From positions 637,319-701,318 of the forward strand of contig ML992512.1 in NCBI GenBank assembly GCA_010093995.1: a stretch of DNA of 64,000 nucleotides, in the 5' to 3' direction. This stretch comes from Elsinoe ampelina. Lineage: Eukaryota. Shown one piece after another: positions 46,000-56,732 of the stretch. Below the pieces are notes generated by a model, which saw only the letters and a list, made by a program, of their open reading frames with translations, was not told the DNA's origin and made no database searches. How positions within the stretch are numbered: position 1 is the first letter of the stretch; the number at the start of each line of letters is the position of its first letter. The position numbers and the translations under genes are program-made.

Positions 46000-46704
46000 T
46001 ATAGCGGTGATGCTGTTGGCCAGTTGTGACTGCTAATGGGTAATGCTTCGATATCGGTGGCAACCATACAAGGTTATTTTGTCGTCACAGGCTTTTCTCC
46101 AGGAAAGGTTGCTAGGGATGTAAATCCTCTATGGCGCATCTCCTTCAGCACGAATGACTACACGCGACCAGTTTCGTGCAATCATAATATCCTGTAGTGA
46201 CAGGTGGTAGGTGGTGAATGGTCCGCTCTGTCCACGCCGAAAAACATCTCGGACATGGCTCGCTCACCTTCGGCAAAAAAGACCGGGGCTACTCAAGTTT
46301 ACCCGAGTGGCCGACAAAACGTCATGCCCAGATCAAAGCGAAATACAAAACCTCGCAATCACTCGCCAACTTAAACATATCTAACCCGACTGCCATAGCA
46401 TACGTCCGCAACGCGAGAAAGCGAACCAATACACCCCGCCGATTCCACGATTCACCCAATGCGGCGCTCCCTATTGCGTCGCAAGCGGCTGCCTCAGACC
46501 TGTCACACGTGGATTCGGGCGTCACGGCTCGAAGTTGTCCCGCTTGCCGGCGGTCGTTGTTGCAAGGACATCAACATGCATCTATCGACCAAACACTCCG
46601 CAGTCGAACAATACTATATAGCTCCCCTACCCTCAGTAAGTACCGCATAGTAAGCAAAACCCGACATCTCCCCCCGCATCATTCTCCCCATCCACAAAAC
46701 AACA

Positions 46705-47421
46705 ATGAAAGTCATCGTCACCGGCGCCACAGGCCTCATCGGCGGTGCCACCCTCCGCCGCCTCCTCACCCTCCCGAGCATCACCTCCGTCATCGCCCTC
46801 TCCCGCCGCGACATTGGCATCACGGACCCCAAGCTCGAAACCGTCATCCTCAAAGACTTCCACCACTACCCAGCCGACGTCCTCGCCCGCCTGTCCGGCG
46901 CAGAAGCCTGCATTTGGGCTCTCGGACGGCCGACGGACGGCGGGGACGTGCATGATGCGCTCACGTTCGCGGGAGCGGATGCTTTCGCTGCGTCGCTGTT
47001 GCCGAGGTTGAAGGAAGGGGGGAAGAAGTTCAGGTTTATGTATGTCAGCGGACATTTTGTGGAGCCAGATCAGGACGCGAATTTGTGGTGGTTGGGGGCG
47101 ACGAGGAAGTTGAGGGTGAGTGGTTCTGATGTTGTCGTTTGAGGACTCGACTGATATGACTGATAGGGAGTTGTCGAGCACAAGATTATTGACTACGAGA
47201 AGACGTACTCTCCGTCGTGGGAGACGTTCGTCGCGAGACCTGCAGCTGTGACGGTGGGCAAGCCAATTTACTCGCCTTTGTTGCTCGGGTTGTGGATTCC
47301 AGTCGAGGAGCTGGCGGCGGCGTTGGCTGATGTGGTAGTCAATGGAAAGACTGGAGATCCGAGGTTGGCGAACGGGGATCTGAGAGCGCGAGGGCAGGAG
47401 GCGCTGGCGAAGACGTCGTGA
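46705..47421 (+). CDS. NAD(P)-binding Rossmann (atypical SDR/epimerase-like) protein; intron 47116-47166
   Basis: MKVIVTGATGLIGG, ACIWALG, FRFMYVSG; the spliced frame continues to TGA at 47421. Confidence 0.82.
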
Positions 47422-47587
47422 AGCGGCTTGAGGAGCGGATGAAGGGAGGGTAATGAGTTACGAGATTCCGGCTACTGGGAATGCTGAGGCAGCATGCAAG
47501 AGTCACGGATATTTCCTACCGCAAGCGATCGGTGAGATTACTTCATATTTCATCTTGCATACATTACATGGGTATCATACAGAATCG

Positions 47588-49171
47588 CTACTTCACCTTT
47601 GGCTTCTTTCTAATCATTCCTGCCCCCAACACATTGACAGCTGGTGTATCGTTTTGCTCTCGTGTTTGTACATCAGGTTGCACGTCACCTGCTTTGCGCT
47701 TCTTCCTAACGATTGATGCTGACAAGTCATTCGGCTGACTTGCCGTACCGTTCGTCGTGCCGCCATTCTGCAGTGCTACCGCTTGCATCTTCCCTGCCAC
47801 TTCTTGTCCCCACTTAGAACTTCCTCCGAGTATCGTAGCAGCTTCTTCCAACCATTTGGCGGTGCTTTGCGCTGAAGCATCATCAGTTGAAAAGTCCAGC
47901 TTGAGGAGAAGATCGTGGATGCGGTCGTAGTCGGACTTCTCCAGCACAACTTGGCCTCGACTTGACTCTGGCCACTTGAAAAACGATGATTCCTCTGGCT
48001 GCGATGTGACAGATAGCGTCGAGGATACCTTCTTAATCTTCGGCGCTCGTGGCAGGATGGCCCCAGATAAAGGTTTCCTCGTCCTCTCTCTCGATGTTGA
48101 CTTCGTGCTGGACTGGCTGTCTTGAGACATTACTTCTGAGATGGACGGCATATCGAAACTGCCCAAGTATGGCGATCCAGGACTGGAGAACACGCTGGCG
48201 TTGTCGTCGTCGATTTGCGAGTCTACGTCTGCTGGCGTGAAGACAACCCAGATGAATCCAACCATTCGACCTGATGAGCATTCTTGCCGGAATGCCATGT
48301 GGTCCCAGAATTGCGACAAGGTCTTGACTGTCCTCCACATGCCGTTACCTTTCTTAGAGGGGCTTGCTGTGGATCGCCCGCCCTGGGAATCTGGGATCTC
48401 TTCGTCGAGCTCATCCAAGTATCTCGACTTTGGGTCATCTGGAAATCGAGGTACCAGGCACCTGGGTGGTACATTCGGATTCGAAGTTATGATATCCAGA
48501 GGATGTCCAAATTGCCATTTCCTCTGGCTAGTCGGGTCTTGTCGCCAGCTGGGCGGGAAGAACGTGGTCGTCTCGCCTTTGTCGAAGCCAGGAACTATCA
48601 CATATGCTTGACTGGTCGACTCAGTACGTTCTCTGCGTAGAACAGGATCCAATGTCTTGCACCACCACTTCACAAGCTGTCGATCGTCCAGAACGTGCTT
48701 CCCCTTGTTCTCGACGCTTCGGGGAAAGAGGTACTGCCCCTGCGCCCGGGCGAATAGTGACAACATGCACCGTATCCTAGGTCGTTGTCTGCGCTCGACA
48801 AGCCATGCCAACATTTCGCTCGCCGTCGATCGTATCAAGGACGCGCCGCCCCCTTTCGGGAGCTGAAGTGCAGCCAAGCATCCGGTCGAGTCCGCTTTCG
48901 ATACGAATATAGTCGTTGATCGTTTCGTCGTGAATACAAGAACTTCAATCGCGAAGAGCAGCAGCCGCTTTCCGTCCTTTGATCCGGAAACCGTCAAGAA
49001 ATGCGACTCGCAGTACGTCCGCTCCGGCTTCCTCCCCGGGGGAGGCGCGAAGAGCGGATCACATTTCGTCGGCGGAGTAGATATATGGTGAAACGTGAAA
49101 GTCGACCCATGCGGCAGCTTCTCTGCCAGTCTATCGTACAGTGATTCCGATGATGATCCAAAAGTCGCCAT
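47588..49171 (-). CDS. RTT109: Histone H3K56 acetyltransferase Rtt109
   Basis: FVSKADSTG, FARAQGQYLFPRSVENKGKHVLDDRQLVKWW, PRFPDDPKSRYL, FRQECSSGRMVGF. Confidence 0.93.
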   Translation of the reverse strand: MATFGSSSESLYDRLAEKLPHGSTFTFHHISTPPTKCDPLFAPPPGRKPERTYCESHFLTVSGSKDGKRLLLFAIEVLVFTTKRSTTIFVSKADSTGCLAALQLPKGGGASLIRSTASEMLAWLVERRQRPRIRCMLSLFARAQGQYLFPRSVENKGKHVLDDRQLVKWWCKTLDPVLRRERTESTSQAYVIVPGFDKGETTTFFPPSWRQDPTSQRKWQFGHPLDIITSNPNVPPRCLVPRFPDDPKSRYLDELDEEIPDSQGGRSTASPSKKGNGMWRTVKTLSQFWDHMAFRQECSSGRMVGFIWVVFTPADVDSQIDDDNASVFSSPGSPYLGSFDMPSISEVMSQDSQSSTKSTSRERTRKPLSGAILPRAPKIKKVSSTLSVTSQPEESSFFKWPESSRGQVVLEKSDYDRIHDLLLKLDFSTDDASAQSTAKWLEEAATILGGSSKWGQEVAGKMQAVALQNGGTTNGTASQPNDLSASIVRKKRKAGDVQPDVQTREQNDTPAVNVLGAGMIRKKPKVK

Positions 49172-49354
49172 AGTGATAATGATCGCGACTCGACGCGACA
49201 GGAGGCGGAAAGAGGTACCTCTCTGGCCCGAAGTTGAGCCGGCGCCAGGAAAAAAGTGAAGCTACCGCACTTGCCTCACATGCCTCACATCCATCCAGCA
49301 CAACGAACAGTCACGTTCCGCATCCCACCATCGTTTCGCCGGGCCTTCAACACC

Positions 49355-50239
49355 ATGGAACAATCATACCTCCTCCGCGCCGCCGAACGCGCCCTCCGCT
49401 CCTGCAACCTCCTCCACACCCGCCTCCAATCCCTCCAACATACCCGACCCACCACCACCCCATCCAACCCAGCATATCAACTCCCCTCCTCCCGATCCTA
49501 CTCTTCCACCTCCACCCACTCGACCTACCCCTCCTCCAACCCCCCCCACACCCCCCCCCCACCCCCCCCCCTCGGCAAAATCACCCACCGCTTCTCGCCC
49601 CGAGGCAACCTGCTCCTCCGCCCGACCTCCGCCCCCTTCGCCGTCAACGACTCCCCCGCCCTCCTAGACGAGACGTACACCGCCCTCCTCGGACCCAACG
49701 GCCACCTACTCCTCCCCTCGGAGCAGAAATGGCTGGCCGTGACGCACAAGAGCTTCGACCACGGATGGCAGGGGAACAACGACCGGCTTGCGTTTCTGGG
49801 CAAGAGGATCGTGGATGTGCAGGTGTCCCTGGCGTTGATGGGGATGCCGAGGTTGAGGAGTTGGGGGGAGAAGGAGGGGGGGAGGGAGCAGGGCCCGACC
49901 GGGGGGTTGGAGAATTTGACGGCTTTTGCGAAGGGGAGGGTGGCGGAGCGGAGGCGGTTGGCGGGTCTGGCGAGGGAGAGGGGGTTGGAGAGGGTGGTGA
50001 GGTGGAAGCCGAAGAAGGTGAGTGTTCTTGCGGACCTGTCATGGGGATCGCGATGATTGGGTATGAACGGAGTGTGCTGACTATTACAGGCGGATGATCT
50101 GCAAGGTTCGGGTATAGACACGGTTTTGGCGCATACGCTGTATGCGATTGTTGGCGCATTGAGTCTGCAGAGGGGAGGCGAAACGACGAATCAGCTGGTC
50201 AAGGAGAGGATATTGGCGCCGCTTGGGTTGAGAAAGTAG
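49355..50239 (+). CDS. MRPL15: Mitochondrial LSU protein mL57 (RNase III-like); intron 50018-50089
   Basis: KWLAVTHKSFDHGWQGNNDRLAFLGKRI, VRWKPK; the spliced tail reads LYAIVGALSLQRGG. Confidence 0.85.
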
Positions 50240-50399
50240 ATGCATTTGGAGGAGGCGACCGTGGAACACTTGAGCAGAAGAACGTGGCAAACACTGTGCA
50301 TAGCGTGGACATACGAGCGACTCTCCTGTCGCAGAACTGTACTATGTAGTATACATACCCAACCATCTCCCTCAAAACTCCTCAACTTATCCTACCCAT

Positions 50400-51403
50400 C
50401 TACTTCTTGCCCTTCCTCTTCGCCTTCAACCCTCTCCTCTCGATATTCTTTGCAATCCTCACCTTCCGCTTCCGCCACGCCAAAAACCGGTCTCCAGGTT
50501 TATACGGCGCCACCTCCTTCGCCTTCCTCTCCCCGACCTTGCCAATCTCATAGTTCGCCACCCTCGGACTCCACGTACTCTGCAGCACCGGGCCCTTCTT
50601 TCCCTCCTCCCCTGCACCCCGCATACCCACCTCTTTCGCCCCGCCCTCCCCTCCAGTCTGCGCACCCTGCTCCCGTCCCGCCGCCTCGAGATCCTCGCTC
50701 GTCCCCTCCCATGCTTCTGCCTCCTCTCCGCCCTCGCCCTCGACGACTGCGCCGGGCATCCGCTGCGCAACCATGCCTAGTCTCCTCTTCCTCGCCACGC
50801 CCTTGATGAGAGGCAGGGTATGGTGCCGCTCGAGGACGACCCCAATGTACTTGCGTGTTTTGTGCAGGTTCGGGTCGCGGTAGTATTTCACGTACCCCGG
50901 GGCGGTGGCGTAGAGGGTGTGGTCGCGGCCCATGCCTACGTTGGAGCCGGGGAACCAGAGGGTGCCGCGTTGGCGGTAGAGGATGTTGCCGGGGATCACG
51001 TATTGGTCTGGTGCGGAGAGGTTAGTGGGTGAGCTGGAAGGGGAGGGGGGGGGGACGCAAGGGAATGACGGTGGGCTGAGGGTAGATTGGAGTGGTTGAG
51101 AGGGTAGAATGAAGAGATTGGTAGGCGTTGGTGGCTCGACGGCAAGATCGACGGCCTTGGGAGGGATGGAGTGAGGACTTGTCACGTACCGCCTGTCTTC
51201 TTCGCTCCCAATCGCTTGCCGGCACCTTGCTTTGCTCCGTTCGCGCGGCCTTCAGACTTGTGCGTGGCATATCGGACGGTGGTCTGGTTGGTGGTGACGA
51301 CCTGGTAGGCGGGAGAAATGCGCAGTCGCGATAGCGCTGATTCGAGTGAGCATGCGCATGGATTTCTGAGCCTACTCGAGGCTCGTATTGATGGTTGTAG
51401 CAT
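50400..51403 (-). CDS. MRP7: Mitochondrial LSU protein bL27m; 182-nt intron 51008-51189
   Basis: RYATHK...[44 protein letters not shown]. Confidence 0.9.
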
Positions 51404-51789
51404 TGCCTTTGTGTGCCAGACACTGTTGCGCCTAGGTCGGGATGAGAAGACTTGGAGCTGCCGCAAAGGTGAGGTTGGAAATTTTGCGGAGTGATTTAGG
51501 CCCAGCAAGAGATGGACAGCAAAACACGCTGTTTCTTCGTGTCACGAAAATAACCTCGAAAAGTACATGGCAGACGATCAGATTGAGAGACACGATGATT
51601 CAGCGCTTGCATTGTAACTCTGCGGGTATCATAATGTACACAAACCAGCCATGTCCATAGTGTGGACAACTCCATCCCGCTATGCCGCATTTTCCTACCA
51701 GCCCGCTATGCAAGTCGCTGAAATCCTATGATACATACTTCGCCTTGTGGTAGTTTGACCTTGTGAAGTACTACCAGACTTTTCGCCGG

Positions 51790-53559
51790 TCAGATCTGCT
51801 TGCGCAGCTCGTTCTTGAGGATCTTCCCACTCGCACTCTTTGGAATCTTCTCGACGATGCGGATCTCTGCATGCTCCACCTTGTACCTAGCAATGTGCTC
51901 ACCAAGGTATGCCTTCAGGTCTTTGGGGTCGAGGTCTTCCTCGAGTACGACAAAGATGAGTGGAACCTCAGTGCCGATGTGAGGCTTCTCCATGCCGATG
52001 ACCGCAGCATCCGAGATGGCGGGGTGGGAGATGAGACGTGCTTCCAACTCAGCAGGGGAAACCTGGAAACCTTTGGCCTTGATCATATCCTTCAGGCGCT
52101 CAACCACGTATATACGACCGTCGTTGTCGATGTATCCAAGATCGCCAGTGTGAAGCCATCCTTGTTCGTCGATGATGGCATTAGTTGCGGAAGGGTCGTT
52201 GTGGTATCCCAGCATGTTGATCGGCCCACGTACCAGAATCTCTCCCGTGCGATTATAGTCGCGGATCTTGTACTTCGCACCGTCATCTTCTTCCACAACA
52301 ACGCAAGCTTCGTATGTGGCGATGAGGCGACCGACAGAGCCAGATTTGTCGTTCTCGGGATGTGGGAAAGTCGTCATCCAGCCACCTTCTGTCATACCCC
52401 ATACCTGCGCGATGCAAACCTTGAGATGAAACATGGCACGGACCCTGTACTGGGTTTCCTGCCTCAGGGGGGCTCCACCAGTCCAGACTTTACGAAGACC
52501 TTTGAGAGCCTGGCGATGGGAAGGGTCCATGTTGAGATAGTGGATGAGCAGCGGAGGTGGCATGGCAGTCTCCTTGATATCGTAGTCTTTGACGAACGCA
52601 AGGAAGTGATCCGAAGAGAATCGATGCATGACATAAGTCTCAATCCCGAAGCGCAGGGCAGCAATGACGGCAAGTGGCATTGTGAAACCGTGAAAGAAGG
52701 GAGTGCAAAGGAGGCGCCTTTCCTCGTAGTCCTTCGGAGCGACGTCCTGGATCGCGATGCACTCCATGACAATACTGTAATGCGACCGAGCAGCCATCTT
52801 TGGCAGGCCTGTCGTCCCAGAAGTGGAGTTGAGGACCGCCACCGTCTTTCTGGCGACGTTGTCGTCGGTGAATTTCAGCCAGGGTTGAGGTGATCCACGA
52901 GCCGCGAAACCATCGATGTCCTGGACTGTGCACAGCATCGGTTCTTATTAAAAGGTTAGCATCGTTGAAAAGCAGCCCAGGAGATGGCGCTCAGAGGATG
53001 GCGGATCTAGGGGAAATCAACGAACCTATGATATCTGGCACGCGCTTGACAGCCTCCATGGCGATCTTATACTTTTCGTTACAGCTGATGACATGGGTGG
53101 TTTCGGAAACGGAGAAATGGTGGCGCAGTTCGGAGGATGTATACGCTGGATTGGCTGCGGTGACCTTTGCTCCGGTGCCAATAACAGCCAAGACGATCAA
53201 AGGGTACTTGACCTGCGTAGAAGATCAGCTTGTAGAGATGTTCCAAGGAATTCGGTCCACCTACGCTGTTGAACATATGGAGGCAGACCACACTATCGGG
53301 TCCGACGTCATGGTCCTTCAAGCTGCCGATGAGGTCGCGGACAAAGTTACGAGCGGAGCGTAGTGTGACATGGTTGTGAACGGGTTGTGCAGCATCGATC
53401 AAGATCTGTGGAATTGGTGAGGACACAAAGCCGATCTTCACAAGGAAAACTTACAAGCCTGTCCTGGTCGTAATTCTCGTGGCCGATGGTGAAAGAAACC
53501 ACATCCTCGAAGCAGGGAGGGATCGTGTATCCGGCGCGGACGATTCCGTTGCCGTCCAT
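51790..53559 (-). CDS. 4-coumarate-CoA-ligase-like adenylate-forming enzyme (AfeA-like), ~528 aa; introns 53406-53454, 53213-53264, 52944-53025
   Basis: ANPAYTSSEL, STSGTTGLPK, PFFHGF, QVWGMTE, WLHTGDLGY, RLKDMIK...QVSPAELE, PKSASGKI. All splices keep frame. Confidence 0.85.
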
Positions 53560-55103
53560 TGCGGTGGTGGTGGCGAAGGCGGCTCCGGACGGGTAGGCGA
53601 ATAAGGGCGCGGCTCCAGGCAGGCTTTGGCAAGACGGGCAACTCAAAGGAAATTGGGTGCAACTCACGGGTCTTCGCTGTCGCGATAATTCCGCCACCTG
53701 ACGATGTATTGCGCTACGTTATAGCAGAGTCTGATATGTGTGAATTCGGTCGTGATTGTCAAAGGTCTTAGGAGACAAAGGGGCTTTCCTTTTTCGGCTG
53801 CTGCTGTGGCAGACGAAAGGGGATGTGGAATACAAACCTGTGTGTAAATGAGTACCTCTCGCTTGTGGATCTTCAAAATACGCTGGACCGGTATGCTGGA
53901 TCGCAGCTACAGACGATAGTCGCCTGTTGGAAGAGATCGCAGACGGTCGATGTTTGTGTGAAGATGAAGTTTTGTGGTGCGAAGAACAGAGCTGTTGAAG
54001 CTTTCTCTAGGAGTAGCTAGCTCGGAGCTCCACCCCTCTCAAGCTGTCTGATAGGCTCGCGTCTGCATAAACACGTGAAAAGGTCACCGGACGAGCTTTT
54101 TTGTGGGCAGCGGTTGAAAGATTTTCCTGGGCACGCGTCTCGTCGGCTGAATTTCTTTGATGAGTCGCTCATTTCGTCGTCAGCGGCCTGTCCATCTCCA
54201 CTTCTCCTTCATCGACATCCCAGCTGGGACAACGCCATGAATGAGCACTTCCCTTCGTGGAAACATCGTTATAGATCTGCAATCCTGCATCGTACGCCAA
54301 ACATACCCATGCGATCGGTTTTGGGACGCCTGACTCCTCGGCAAGCACGCGGCGAGGATGAGGTGCATGGCGGCGCATAGCCTTTGTGCCAGATCGTTTG
54401 AAAGGGAGGGGACCCGCCAGTCGCAAAGGCCTCCCATTGTCCAGCACTCCGCTGTTCCGTACGGAGCCTATGCACGATAGATGAAAATGCCATCCACCGG
54501 TGATAAAAATACATCCAAGCGGTTTGTGGATCGCAGGGCATCGCTTTCGGGGAGCGACTTCCGCATCTCGAACCGTTGAAAGATCCCTGCAACAAAACTG
54601 CTGATAGTGTGAGTGAGGCCCTCTGCCTTTGGTTCACGGGCGCTGGCCACGACATCTCCTTGTTGTTCCGCGAAGATGAAGCTGTGCCTGTCGTTGATAC
54701 CGCGTCGCTTTGTCCTCCAGTTGCCCATGATCCCAACCGACGGATGAGAGTAGCATTCATTACGCCCACCGGCCGGCGTACTTGGTCCATCAAGGCGCAA
54801 CGTGATGATACTGGTCCTGCATCTCACCTCCCGCCTTGACCAAGACACCTCGTGGCTGTCCTCCCAGCGACCCGGTCGAGAGAGATATTAACACTGCATC
54901 GCATACCCGAACCACCATCTCATCCACACGGCATTTTCACATCTCATTCTCACCTGCATTCCTGCCGTCTGGCCACTTGAGCTGACGTTCATATATTCAC
55001 ATCCCATCATCTTGGTTGATCGACTCGGACCCCACCATCTCCTCGCCACTCCTCCTCCCACTGTCGAATTTGCGCTGGTGCGGCTCCACATACCAACGAC
55101 ACC

Positions 55104-56732
55104 ATGACGACTTCACACACCGTCGACGACCTCGACCTCGAAGCTGCACAACCACCACCAGCTGCCCTCACGCGGTCACCAGGGGTCGTTGTCACATCGC
55201 ATACCATGGACGCCGTCCTCAAGATCACCGACGGCTGGCAATGTGTCGTGACCACACCAATCCCGACTCACACCCGCAGCTCCTCCATGGACGACAGTGC
55301 CATCAGCGTCAACCTCGACCACAGCGAGAAGATACTCCGCCATGTGAGGCTATCACTTGGCTGCAACATTGCCACGAAAGAGGAGCTGCAAGCAATCAAG
55401 GAAGCCGCGCCGTTGCCACAAAAACCAGCAAGCAGACCGTGGAGATTTTTGCGCTGGAATTTCTTCAGTGTGTATCGAAAAGCTTTTACATTCGTACTCA
55501 CAGCGAATTTGATCGCCATCATCATCTTCCTCATCCAGCTCAAATACGATACATCGATAGCCTCGTACCAGAATGCGGCAACGGCAGCATCAGCAAACTT
55601 CCTTCTCGCCATCTTGATTCGCAACGAGCATGTAATCAACATCCTGTTCTGGCTGGTCTGCGCACTACCTGTATGGGCTCCATTGTCGATTCGTCGCCGG
55701 GCGGCCAAGGTCTACTCGTATGGAGGGATTCACTCCGGTTGTGGTTTGTCTGGAACTCTCTGGTATACCGTCTTCGCAGTGCTGGCTATGATCCAGTACC
55801 CATCGGGTGGACCTATAGAGACTGCGTTAGCGGTGACGACTGGCATTACGCTCATTCTATTGGTGATAATACTCATCTTTGCTCATCCAATCCTGCGGGC
55901 AAGACTCCACAACCATTTCGAAGCCACCCACAGGTACGGAGGGTGGTGTGCTATCCTGGTACTGTGGGTGCAAACAATGCTACTCGTTATTAGCAACGCA
56001 GAAAACAACCAGACGAATTTTGGCATGGCTTTGATCAAGACCCCTCCTTTCTGGCTCCTCGTCGTCATCACCGCCCTCCTCATCTACCCCTGGACACGTC
56101 TAAGATCGCGAGAAGTCCAAGTTGAGAAGCTCTCCAAGCACGCCACTCGCTTACATTTCAAATACCAAGACCTAGAGACGTGCATGGCGGTGCGCCTGAC
56201 CGACGCACCTCTGATGGAGACGCATGCCTTTGCGACAATTCCAAATTACAAGGGAGACAAGAAGGGATTCTCGATACTTGTATCCAACGCAGGCGACTGG
56301 ACGAACAAGGTCATCAACAATCCTCCGAAGAAGGTGTGGGTCAAGGGCGCGCCGACGATCGGTGTGATGAGGGTTGCTTTGATGTTCAGGAAGGTCCTCA
56401 TCGTGGCCACTGGATCCGGCATAGGTCCGTGTCTGTCGCTGCTGCAATCCTATCCCGAATATCCCGTCCGCGTCCTTTGGTCGGCTCAAGATCCCGAAAA
56501 GACATACGGCCAAGGTATCATCAAGGCTGTATACCGGTCCGATCCCAACGCCGTCATCGTCGATACGAGGAAGACTGGTCGTCCTGACCTCACCGCGCTG
56601 GCGTATAGTATACTCGTCACAGGCGAGTGCGAGGCCGCGGTCGTTATTTCCAACCCGTCACTCACTCGCAAGGTCGTGTATGGACTGGAAACCAGGGGTG
56701 TGCCCGCCTACGGACCCATCTTCGATTCATGA
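55104..56732 (+). CDS. TmpA-like membrane flavoprotein (ferric-reductase-like TM region + FAD/NAD(P)-binding FNR domain)
   Basis: Several TM helices with YSYGGIHSGC and HNHFEATHRYGGW; ETHAFAT, AGDWT, VATGSGIGP; C-terminal YGPIFDS. Confidence 0.82.
   Translation: MTTSHTVDDLDLEAAQPPPAALTRSPGVVVTSHTMDAVLKITDGWQCVVTTPIPTHTRSSSMDDSAISVNLDHSEKILRHVRLSLGCNIATKEELQAIKEAAPLPQKPASRPWRFLRWNFFSVYRKAFTFVLTANLIAIIIFLIQLKYDTSIASYQNAATAASANFLLAILIRNEHVINILFWLVCALPVWAPLSIRRRAAKVYSYGGIHSGCGLSGTLWYTVFAVLAMIQYPSGGPIETALAVTTGITLILLVIILIFAHPILRARLHNHFEATHRYGGWCAILVLWVQTMLLVISNAENNQTNFGMALIKTPPFWLLVVITALLIYPWTRLRSREVQVEKLSKHATRLHFKYQDLETCMAVRLTDAPLMETHAFATIPNYKGDKKGFSILVSNAGDWTNKVINNPPKKVWVKGAPTIGVMRVALMFRKVLIVATGSGIGPCLSLLQSYPEYPVRVLWSAQDPEKTYGQGIIKAVYRSDPNAVIVDTRKTGRPDLTALAYSILVTGECEAAVVISNPSLTRKVVYGLETRGVPAYGPIFDS

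Noticed and set aside
51763..52893. 376-aa + ORF (likewise 6387-7445 on -)
   Set aside because: Antisense to well-supported genes; expected from codon bias.
53560..55103. BrlA-type (MRAGGGR) and AbaA-type (CATTCY) motifs in the afeA/tmpA-like spacer
   Set aside because: Short degenerate motifs at about chance frequency.
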